Position numbers and translations under genes: made by a program. Below are positions 19,942 through 27,911 of a stretch of DNA of 64,000 nt, piece by piece. Below the pieces are notes generated by a model. That model worked only from the letters and a program-made list of their open reading frames with translations, ran no database searches and was not told the DNA's origin. The DNA comes from an uncultured Gammaproteobacteria bacterium. Lineage in GTDB: Bacteria > Patescibacteriota > Microgenomatia > UBA10105 > UBA927. Position 1 is the first letter of the stretch. Every line of letters begins with the position of its first letter. The DNA lies in the NCBI GenBank assembly GCA_964349125.1, contig CAYGFH010000001.1, positions 197,408 through 261,407 of the forward strand, written 5' to 3'.

Positions 19942-21189
19942 TTATCTCCGTATCTCTGATTTTCCGATAAGCGGCTGTAACACCTTGGGAACTCTGACTG
20001 AGCCGTCTTTTTGCTGATAATTCTCAAGTATTGCAATAAGTATTCGTGGAGATGCAATAGCCGTGTTATTGAGCGTATGGCAAAACCGTGTTTCTCCGTC
20101 TTTTGTTTTATACCGAATCTTCAGCCTTCTAGCCTGGAAATCACCCATTATCGAGTTTGACATGGTTTCTCCGTATGCTTTCCTTCCCGGCATCCATGTC
20201 TCTATATCGTATTTTTTTACCTGTGGCTCACCCATGTCACCTGTGCACATTAAAAGTACCCGATATGGCAATTCCAGATCCTGCAGTACTTCTTCAGCAT
20301 TTTGCAGTAACTCTTCATGAAGAGTAATAGAATTGTTCATATTATTTGTTGAGATAATTACTTGTTCAATCTTACTGAATTGGTGTAGTCTATAGACCCC
20401 ACGTGTATCTTTACCATAGCTGCCCGCTTCACGCCTGAAACATGGAGAAAATGCCACAAATTTCTTTGGCAAATCCTTCTCCTGTAATACTTCATCACTG
20501 AAGTACGCAGTCACAGGTACTTCCGCAGTTCCGGCCAGATACTCATCATCCTTTTCCAGATGGTAGACCTCTTCCCTTCCCCACGGAAACTGGCCATTAC
20601 CAAACAGGGTAAATTCCCGCACTAAACTTGGGGCAATAAGCGGCGTATATCCCTTGCCTATGAGTTTTTGAAATGTGTAAAAAAGCACAGCAAATTCCAT
20701 CTGCGCCGCTTCGTTTTTCAAAAAGTACGCACGTGATCCTCCAACTTTTGCTCCGCGGTCAAGATCGATAAGATCGAGTGTTTTTGCCAGATCTATATGA
20801 TCCCGGACAGGAAAATCAAACGATGTCGGTTCGCCCCATTTTTTAATTTCCTTGTTTTCCGATTCATCCTTTCCTACGGGAACACTGGCATCTGGAATGT
20901 TTGGAACTGTGTACATGACCAATTGAAATTCTTCCTCCACAGAACGCAGTTCATCCTCTATAGTTTTAAGTTCTTCCTTTAACCGCTTCCCTTCTTCACG
21001 GAAGGCAGGATCCTTGCCATCCCCTTTGGCATTGTTGCGTTTTGCGCGTACAACTTCTGACTTTCCAATCAGATCACGGCGTTTTTCATCCAACTCTAAT
21101 AACTTGTCCCAATTAACCACACGGTTTTTATTTTTTGCGGCTTCCTTGCATATATCAAGGTTCTCTCTGATAAACTTTATATCTAACAT
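19942..21189 (-). CDS. serS: Seryl-tRNA synthetase
   Basis: N-terminal coiled-coil tRNA-binding arm plus class II core motifs 1-3. Confidence 0.95.
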   Translation of the reverse strand: MLDIKFIRENLDICKEAAKNKNRVVNWDKLLELDEKRRDLIGKSEVVRAKRNNAKGDGKDPAFREEGKRLKEELKTIEDELRSVEEEFQLVMYTVPNIPDASVPVGKDESENKEIKKWGEPTSFDFPVRDHIDLAKTLDLIDLDRGAKVGGSRAYFLKNEAAQMEFAVLFYTFQKLIGKGYTPLIAPSLVREFTLFGNGQFPWGREEVYHLEKDDEYLAGTAEVPVTAYFSDEVLQEKDLPKKFVAFSPCFRREAGSYGKDTRGVYRLHQFSKIEQVIISTNNMNNSITLHEELLQNAEEVLQDLELPYRVLLMCTGDMGEPQVKKYDIETWMPGRKAYGETMSNSIMGDFQARRLKIRYKTKDGETRFCHTLNNTAIASPRILIAILENYQQKDGSVRVPKVLQPLIGKSEIRR

Positions 21190-21198
21190 ATTGCCTTT

Positions 21199-21240
21199 CT
21201 TTGAAACACTTATTTTTTTAACTAAAAAAATTAGTGTTTC
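21199..21240 (-). promoter_or_regulatory. Long AT-rich hairpin/inverted repeat immediately upstream of the serS SD
   Basis: GAAACACTTATTTTTTTAACTAAAAAAATTAGTGTTTC forms an approximately 17-bp stem; the SD AAGAAAGG and the ATG follow directly. Confidence 0.35.
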
Positions 21241-21366
21241 TTAGATCCTCCGAAGCGTTACGCGAAGGAGGACGAAAACATTAATACGGGTCCACCGTCG
21301 CCGAGGCTATGGTGGATTTGTCGGCTTCTAAGCTCATTGTTACGAATCAATTCGCGTGCGTAGCCA

Positions 21367-21395
21367 TAAAAAAACACGCAATATTCGTTGCGTGT
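21367..21395 (-). terminator. Rho-independent terminator on the minus strand, about 175 nt downstream of rdgB and 175 nt upstream of serS
   Basis: Minus strand reads ACACGCAACGAAUAUUGCGUGU followed by UUUUUUU. Confidence 0.6.
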
Positions 21396-21570
21396 TACGG
21401 CCCTTCGACATAGCTCAGGGAGTTGCCACCATAACTTGTACTTAATTTTGAGATATTACGGTCTCTCCCGTTCCGGTTTCCTTTGAAAAAATTCAAAGAT
21501 CTACCGGAATGCTCGACTGTTGGAAGCAGTCTAAAACGCATTTCTACCCGTATTGTATCGTACCGGACAG

Positions 21571-22182
21571 TTATGTCAATAACTCTCGGATGCGTGGCTT
21601 TAGCATATCAATTGCCTTTTTCCGGTGGTTGTAGGCTGCAGTTTCCTCTTTTGTCATGACTGTGTGGTCATAAAATTTCCCAAGTTCAGGCAAATATAAC
21701 AATGCCCTGTATGGAAAACCCTTTGTTCGTGATTCGGATGGAGCAACCGCAACAATTCCTCGGACAAACGCCTCGGATGTGACGACGTTGCCTCTGGGGA
21801 GTGAAAATGCCAAAACGAGCCGTAGTTGTGCACCGCGCTTTTCTATCGGGACTGCCTCCATTTTTTGTATGGTATAGGCGATAAGTTCTTCGTCGGTGTT
21901 TTCGCGGTCCCCATGGATCCATCGGTGCGATTTTACACCCGGCTGCCCACCCAATGCATCGATTTCAAATCCGCCGTCATCGGCAATTGCCGGTAGCCCT
22001 GACAATTTGGCATAGGTCGTTGCCTTCAATATGGCATTCTCCTGAAACGTTTCACCTGTCTCGTCGACATCCACCGTGATACCGATATCTGACAGTGACA
22101 CAAACTCATAGGGCAAATCAGATAAAAACAATCCAAGTTCTTGAAATTTTCCGGGATTGGTGGTGGCGATGAGTATCTTCAT
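21571..22182 (-). CDS. rdgB: Non-canonical purine NTP pyrophosphatase RdgB/Ham1
   Basis: MKILIATTNPGKFQE...ADDGGFEIDALGGQPGVKS Ham1 family motifs. Start placed at the MKIL Met. Confidence 0.85.
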   Translation of the reverse strand: MKILIATTNPGKFQELGLFLSDLPYEFVSLSDIGITVDVDETGETFQENAILKATTYAKLSGLPAIADDGGFEIDALGGQPGVKSHRWIHGDRENTDEELIAYTIQKMEAVPIEKRGAQLRLVLAFSLPRGNVVTSEAFVRGIVAVAPSESRTKGFPYRALLYLPELGKFYDHTVMTKEETAAYNHRKKAIDMLKPRIRELLT

Positions 22183-22855
22183 TTTGTGTGGTATCCAGTA
22201 TACTATCACTATGAAACGCCTGGCTGCACGGTATGCATTGGCATCTCCCTATCTGTTTGTCTTATTCTACCTTATCATAGGATTTTTGACACCGGGATAT
22301 AGTCACACAAAACATACTATCAGCAGATTGTCGCTCGGTGCGTACGGATATTTGGAAACACTCAATATTGTGCAGTTTTCTTTCGGGCTTTTGACGATGA
22401 TCTATCTGATACGCAGTCACATCAGAAATTCACACACGGTAAAACAGATATCCGTTATGCTAAGCGCAATCGCACTTACACTGGTGCTTGTTGCCGTATT
22501 CCCAACTGATCCTATCGACTCATTTCCGCAAAAAATTCTAAGCATTTCGTGGTCGGCACTCGTGCATTTCGGCATAATCGGATGTTTTGTTGTCTGCACC
22601 CCCATCTTAGTTCACAGGCTGTACAGTGTGTTTACGAAAGACCCTATGTACAGAGATCTCGCCCTTACGACGCTGATCTGTGGATGGATGACATTTGTCC
22701 TGTGCATCCTGTGGTTTCTGTTTTTTTATTTCGGCGTGATACCTGAGTATCGTGGTTTATTTCAAAAAATAATTGCAATGATCGTCATATACTGGACAAC
22801 ACGGATAATGAAACGGATCGCAGATACAACAAGAGCGGACTCATCACAGACCTAA
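22157..22855 (+). CDS. Hypothetical polytopic membrane protein (DUF998-like)
   Basis: About 6 predicted TM helices; the true start may be an internal Met (MKRLAARY). Confidence 0.45.
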   Translation: MVVAMSIFILCGIQYTITMKRLAARYALASPYLFVLFYLIIGFLTPGYSHTKHTISRLSLGAYGYLETLNIVQFSFGLLTMIYLIRSHIRNSHTVKQISVMLSAIALTLVLVAVFPTDPIDSFPQKILSISWSALVHFGIIGCFVVCTPILVHRLYSVFTKDPMYRDLALTTLICGWMTFVLCILWFLFFYFGVIPEYRGLFQKIIAMIVIYWTTRIMKRIADTTRADSSQT

Positions 22856-24913
22856 TTCATCATGATGCGCCTGCATCGCACGGAGCGTAAGCTCTATAAA
22901 TTCCGCCAGCGGAATTCCCAGTTTGGTTTCACACTGTGCAATATGCTCCCGATCGACTGGTCTTGCAAACTCTTTTGTCTTCCATTTTTTCATGATCGAA
23001 CTCATCTCTACTGTCTCGAGTTTCTTATCCGGTCTGACGAGCGTAACGGCGACAATAAATCCCGTCAGCTCATCCACAGTCTCCAGCGCCCACTCCATAA
23101 CTGATTCGATTTCGGCCAATTTTGTGAGTTTCCTGTTATGTGATTGTAGAGCTTTCACGATTGGCCCCTTGGTAAAACCCATTTCTGCCAACCACGAGAG
23201 TGTTTTTTTTGTATGTTCCTCGGGCTTGTCTTTGGTTTCCTCCCAGTCGGCATCATGCAATATACCCAAGACTTCCCACACGTCGGCATTTCCGCCAAGT
23301 TTTTCCGCTAGTGCACGCATGGCGTACCCGACTGCATAGCAATGTCGGCGTAAATTTACATTTTGCATGTGTGCATGAAGCATTTCCATTGCCTGCGCTT
23401 TTGTAACAATATCTTTTTCATCTATCACACTGTCTGCCACCAACGCTTTCTCTTTTTTCTGAAACTCCGGGCGAAGTGTCGGGAACAAAATCACATCCTT
23501 AAGCGATGCCTGATCAGTTAATATGGATACGAGTCTGTCTATGCCCATACCCCAACCCGCGGTCGGCGGCATGCCATACTCAAGCGCGCGGATGTAATCG
23601 TGATCAAATGCCTCGTGTTCGTCCTGGCCTTCCTCACCGAGTTTCTCCGATTCACGCCAGCGCACAGACTGGTCTTCGGGATCATTGAGTTCGTTATATG
23701 CGTTGATCACTTCTTTCCCTGCAATAAGCAGTTGGAATGACGCCGTTTTATGGGGATCATGCGGTAACCGCTTAGCCAGTGTGACAAATGCTGTCGGCCT
23801 GTCGGTCAAAAACATAGGTCCAACCAAATAGGGACGTGCAGTTGCCTTATAGAGCGTATCAAGCATCGCTCCATACCCCACCACACCGGTAAGGTCCAGT
23901 TGGATTTTTTTCGCTTTGATTTCAGAGAGTAATTGCTCTTCCGTCTGCGCGACATTTATATCTATCCCGGTATATTCCATGACGACATCGCTGTAAGTTT
24001 TTCTCTCCCATTTTCCTGAGAAATCTATGGTTTCACCTTGGTATGTAATCGTGGAACTGCCGCAAACGTCTTTCACCAAAGAGGCTATCATGGTTTCGGT
24101 ATATTCCATGAGCTTTTCATAATCGGCGTACGCCCAGTAAAACTCCATCATGGTGAATTCTGGATTATGCTGGCGGTCAATCCCCTCATTTCTGAAATCT
24201 TTGGAAATTTCGTATACCTTTTCAAACCCGCCTGCAATCAGTCTTTTGAGGTACAGCTCATCAGATATCCGAAGGTACAAATCCACATCCAGCGCATTAT
24301 GGTGTGTGGTAAACGGTTTTGCGGATGCTCCGCCATAGATCGGCTGCAACACAGGCGTCTCCACTTCCAAAAATCCGTCCGCATCAAAATAATTGCGCAG
24401 GAACCGCACGACTTTTGTGCGAAGCAAAAACACTTCCCGCACTCCGGGATTTACTACCAGATCCACATACCGTTGCCTATAGCGCTCCTCCACATCCTTG
24501 AGGCCATGCCATTTGTCGGGAAGCGGGCGGATTGATTTGGAAAGAAGCCTGAGTCGTGTGGCAAACACAGAAAGTTCTCCTGCCTGTGTCGTACCGACTG
24601 AGCCTTCCGCCTCCACAAAATCACCCATATCAAGAAGCGATACCAGAGCAAACGAATCCGCATCCAGCATATCATGCTTTAAGACCACCTGGATTTTGCC
24701 GGAGAGATCAACGAGGTCACAAAACACTATTTTTCCGTGCCCACGCATTGCCATGATACGTCCCGTGATAACCACGACACTATCTTTGGAATCCCGCGCC
24801 TGTGCCACGGTCTGTGTGCGGCCGGAAACGGACGGATACGGATCTATCCCTCTTTTTTTCAGTTCCTTCAGCTTATTCTTTCTGGTATCGATGAGCTCCT
24901 CGAGTGTTGGCAT
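22844..24913 (-). CDS. lysS: Lysyl-tRNA synthetase (class II) fused to a C-terminal HD-domain phosphohydrolase
   Basis: Residues 1 to about 500 form an OB-fold anticodon-binding domain plus class II core ending ...FPTLRPE. The remaining ~185 aa carry H..H / HD motifs (LRRHCYAVGYAMRALAEKLG...LGILHDADWE...) typical of HD/HDIG hydrolases. Confidence 0.85.
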   Translation of the reverse strand: MPTLEELIDTRKNKLKELKKRGIDPYPSVSGRTQTVAQARDSKDSVVVITGRIMAMRGHGKIVFCDLVDLSGKIQVVLKHDMLDADSFALVSLLDMGDFVEAEGSVGTTQAGELSVFATRLRLLSKSIRPLPDKWHGLKDVEERYRQRYVDLVVNPGVREVFLLRTKVVRFLRNYFDADGFLEVETPVLQPIYGGASAKPFTTHHNALDVDLYLRISDELYLKRLIAGGFEKVYEISKDFRNEGIDRQHNPEFTMMEFYWAYADYEKLMEYTETMIASLVKDVCGSSTITYQGETIDFSGKWERKTYSDVVMEYTGIDINVAQTEEQLLSEIKAKKIQLDLTGVVGYGAMLDTLYKATARPYLVGPMFLTDRPTAFVTLAKRLPHDPHKTASFQLLIAGKEVINAYNELNDPEDQSVRWRESEKLGEEGQDEHEAFDHDYIRALEYGMPPTAGWGMGIDRLVSILTDQASLKDVILFPTLRPEFQKKEKALVADSVIDEKDIVTKAQAMEMLHAHMQNVNLRRHCYAVGYAMRALAEKLGGNADVWEVLGILHDADWEETKDKPEEHTKKTLSWLAEMGFTKGPIVKALQSHNRKLTKLAEIESVMEWALETVDELTGFIVAVTLVRPDKKLETVEMSSIMKKWKTKEFARPVDREHIAQCETKLGIPLAEFIELTLRAMQAHHDELGL

Positions 24914-24950
24914 ATGTTAGCTTGTATTATCGTATATAATCGCGTACGAT

Positions 24951-25958
24951 TCAACCTGATAATACACTCCCTTCTGTAAATGCACGGGCGATACTGCCCA
25001 GCGTTTTTATATTGTATCCGCCTTCCTGGAGGTAGACCGTCGGAATACCCAGAGAAGACAATTCTTTCCCGATCCGGTGAAACATCGGCGTGGAAAGCGC
25101 AAACCCGCCAATCGGATCTTTCACATGGGCATCATACCCCACGCTCACCACAAGGTATGACGGTGAGAATGCGCGGATTCTGGCAATCGCAGCGCGTAAA
25201 GCATTGCCGTATACTCGGTCCTTTGTGCGGGGGGGGAGCGGGATATTCAGATTATATCCGACCCCTTCGCCGACACCTATTTCTGACGCCCTTCCCGTAA
25301 AATACGGAAACAGCGTATCGGGATCCCCGTGTATACTGATCATCAGCACATCGCGGCGGTGATACAGCAAGGCCTGCGTGCCGTTTCCATGATGTACATC
25401 GATATCGATGACCGCGACTGTCCCCCGAGTACTGAGATAGTTGGCGGCGATAGCCGCATTATTGAAGTAACAGTACCCGCCCATTTTCGCATATTCGGCA
25501 TGATGACCGGGCGGCCGGCAGAGAGCATAGGATTGCGTCTCCCCAGACATGACGAGTGAAGCGGCAGTGAGTGCGGCCATCGCCGAACCTCGGGCAGCTT
25601 CATAAGTGCTTTCTGATACGGGTGTGTACATATCAAAACTGTATTGTCCCCGCATACCGACAGGCTGTCGTGTGTGCTGATCCTGACCGTACGGAAATAC
25701 AGACGGATACACGTATGTACCGCCAGACTTCCTACTTGATGCTTTCAGATAGCTGATATAGGAGAGCTCATGCACAGCATCTACCCATAACATGGGAAAC
25801 CTGCGTGGCTCTATAGCCCGCATTCCCGGCATGCGGGAAAGTGCACTATTTATCACTTCTATTCTGTCGGGAACCTCTGCATGGGAATCCCTGTTGCCGT
25901 TGAATATCTCGCACGGCGGGCAGTGGCGCATATGTGCGGACGGATACACGAGTTTCAT
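24951..25958 (-). CDS. Histone deacetylase/AcuC/acetylpolyamine amidohydrolase family protein
   Basis: CRPPGHHAE...GYCYFNNAA...IDIDVHHGNGTQ...GDPDTLFPYFTG HDAC class signature motifs. Confidence 0.8.
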   Translation of the reverse strand: MKLVYPSAHMRHCPPCEIFNGNRDSHAEVPDRIEVINSALSRMPGMRAIEPRRFPMLWVDAVHELSYISYLKASSRKSGGTYVYPSVFPYGQDQHTRQPVGMRGQYSFDMYTPVSESTYEAARGSAMAALTAASLVMSGETQSYALCRPPGHHAEYAKMGGYCYFNNAAIAANYLSTRGTVAVIDIDVHHGNGTQALLYHRRDVLMISIHGDPDTLFPYFTGRASEIGVGEGVGYNLNIPLPPRTKDRVYGNALRAAIARIRAFSPSYLVVSVGYDAHVKDPIGGFALSTPMFHRIGKELSSLGIPTVYLQEGGYNIKTLGSIARAFTEGSVLSG

Positions 25959-27034
25959 ATGGACCTCCCTAAAATTTCTGCACGCATCACGGGCGTGAAA
26001 TATATATTTTGTGATTGTGGTGTCAAATACAACATGGTGAAATCACGGTTTCCAACGGGTTCCAATCCATCACGCACGCGGACATTTTGCACTAGCGTCT
26101 GCGGGACAAATCCCTCGCCAATATGGCGGGGAGCCACATCCATCCCTGTGGCAAAGCCAACATTATGTGCGCCCGACCAGAAGTTTGTCTCGGCGATGAT
26201 AAGTGGCGCACATGGTTCAATATCATCGAGTACATGTGCGTGCAGGTGTGAGACAGTCGCCGCCATCAGACCATGACGGTTGACACTCTCGTGCCTCCTC
26301 CACTCCGTGCTCTCTATAATCGGAATACTCCTCCCGTCACCAATGGGCATATCGAGCCTCTCGGCGGTTGCGATTGATACTAATCTGTTTGAGTGGTGAT
26401 CAATGAGTCCGCTAAACCAGACTCTCCGCTCAAGGGCAGGGATCTTTGACTGCATCCTGAGTACCTCCTGTAATCCTGTTACTCCATCTTCGTTCCAGTC
26501 AAATGAGTCTCCCCAGAGGGATAACACCTCGCCAATTCGCGGCGATGCTACCTCTGAGGTGAACACAAATCCTTCTTCCCGCAAGCGGGCCACACGATCT
26601 ACAGGCGCAAACCTCGGAGATCGCTTGGTGGAATCAACAGATGCAACGATTTCTGGCATGCTATGAATGGATTGTCTAGCTGGGCTGTTTATAGCACCAA
26701 GCACCATCCAAATCGGCTCACTGGTGCCGGTAAGAAACCATGTCGGAACAGCAGCCTCCAGCACCTGTGATATGTGCGGATGGCTCATAGAATCCGCAAG
26801 CGTCGACTGGTCCATTAAAACTCTCGCGACACACCTGGTCACACCCATACTCCGGCGTTCTATAGCTTCGTTCCCAAGATGAAATAATGTTTCCATCCGA
26901 TCGATATCATCGATCACCCCGCGATGATAATTGAGATAGTACCGGTCAAATGAACGGCGCTCTAATCCAAGTTGCCCAGTGCTTCCTGTATTTGTATCTC
27001 TATCTGTTTCTGTCATAGTCCTCCTTCGCCACAA
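25955..27034 (-). CDS. Hypothetical protein (weak metallophosphoesterase-like motif pattern)
   Basis: Scattered GD / DHH / H.H motifs (LWGDSFDW, LIDHHSN, SHLHAHV) in the order seen in calcineurin-like phosphoesterases, but not conclusive. 4-nt overlap with the HDAC-family gene. Confidence 0.4.
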   Translation of the reverse strand: MWRRRTMTETDRDTNTGSTGQLGLERRSFDRYYLNYHRGVIDDIDRMETLFHLGNEAIERRSMGVTRCVARVLMDQSTLADSMSHPHISQVLEAAVPTWFLTGTSEPIWMVLGAINSPARQSIHSMPEIVASVDSTKRSPRFAPVDRVARLREEGFVFTSEVASPRIGEVLSLWGDSFDWNEDGVTGLQEVLRMQSKIPALERRVWFSGLIDHHSNRLVSIATAERLDMPIGDGRSIPIIESTEWRRHESVNRHGLMAATVSHLHAHVLDDIEPCAPLIIAETNFWSGAHNVGFATGMDVAPRHIGEGFVPQTLVQNVRVRDGLEPVGNRDFTMLYLTPQSQNIYFTPVMRAEILGRSI

Positions 27035-27062
27035 AAAAACCCCTCTTTCGGAGGGGTTTTTG
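27033..27062. terminator. Palindromic (bidirectional) intrinsic terminator
   Basis: AAAAAAACCCCTCTTTCGGAGGGGTTTTT. Confidence 0.7.
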
Positions 27063-27181
27063 CGGAAATATGTTTATATGCGATTATATTTCACCACAAG
27101 CACCTCTCCCGGTAGGGATTTGTTTTTTCGCTTTTTTGGCGATAATCCGATACGTGCTTACGGTCATAGTGTTGTACATAC

Positions 27182-27210
27182 AAAAAATCCCGCTTTCGCG
27201 GGATTGTTTT
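27182..27210 (-). terminator. Intrinsic terminator downstream of greA (palindromic, A/T runs on both sides)
   Basis: AAAAAATCCCGCTTTCGCGGGATTGTTTTG. Confidence 0.7.
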
Positions 27211-27225
27211 GATTGTTTATATTTT

Positions 27226-27690
27226 TTATTCTATATCGAGAATCTTGTAAAGGTTTCTTCCCGCCGGAGCCTCTACTTCTACTTTTTCTCCTACTTTTTT
27301 TCCTATCAGTGCCTTCCCAAGTGGAGATGAGTGGGATATTTTTTTCTCCATGGGATTTGCTTCCCATTCTCCCACCAAGTGGAATGTTTCTTTTTTACCG
27401 TTGATTGTGAGGGTCACTTTGCAGCCCACATCCACATGGGATTTACCGTGTGATGTCACGACCTTGGCGCCATGCATGATGTCTTCCAGTTCGATAATGC
27501 GTCCGTCGATGAACGACAGATCGGTTTTTGCCGCTGCGTACTCACTATTTTCCGATAAATCACCGGCTTCGCGTGCGGAAGCAAGCCGAGTAACGGCTTC
27601 CGGTCTCTTAACATTCACCAGTTCTTCATGTTCGCGCTTTAACTCAGCTAAACCTTCAGGTGTGAGAATAATTTTGTTTTGTAAATCCAT
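27226..27690 (-). CDS. greA: Transcription elongation factor GreA
   Basis: MDLQNKIILTPEGLAELKREHEEL coiled-coil N-domain plus FKBP-like C-domain. Start placed at the MDLQ Met. Confidence 0.9.
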   Translation of the reverse strand: MDLQNKIILTPEGLAELKREHEELVNVKRPEAVTRLASAREAGDLSENSEYAAAKTDLSFIDGRIIELEDIMHGAKVVTSHGKSHVDVGCKVTLTINGKKETFHLVGEWEANPMEKKISHSSPLGKALIGKKVGEKVEVEAPAGRNLYKILDIE

Positions 27691-27899
27691 ATAGCTCAAA
27701 AAAAACCTCCCCAATCAACCAATCTAGGATAAAAAGGGAGCAGTCTTAATACGTTTGTACGCTGTCGTACGTTTTTTATTTTACCCGTTTTACCTTGTCA
27801 TGTCAAGTAGAAACTGATACAATCTACTGTACACGTATACATTTTTAGCCTCGATTTTGTGTTATAATTTTACTACAGGTTATATTTTGAAGCTAACTT

Positions 27900-27908
27900 T
27901 TGTATAAT
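27900..27908 (+). promoter_or_regulatory. Extended -10 element (TGTATAATG) upstream of tRNA-Glu
   Basis: TGnTATAAT 13 nt upstream of the tRNA 5' end. Confidence 0.45.
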
Positions 27909-27911
27909 GTG

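Noticed and set aside
21440-21540. SRP (4.5S) RNA, suggested by a GGAAGCAG motif
   Set aside because: The motif sits in a small GACUG/CAGUC hairpin with a 7-nt loop, not in the conserved domain IV helix with symmetric and asymmetric loops and GNRA tetraloop. The surrounding sequence lacks the other conserved SRP elements.
21190-21570. T-box riboswitch upstream of serS
   Set aside because: GGUGG-containing segments (AUGGUGGCAAC; ACGGUGGACCCG) match the 14-nt T-box consensus only partially, and the UGG is predicted paired rather than bulged. The intrinsic terminator lies about 175 nt from the start codon rather than adjacent. No convincing Stem I/specifier arrangement could be traced by eye. 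Left as an unclassified structured region.
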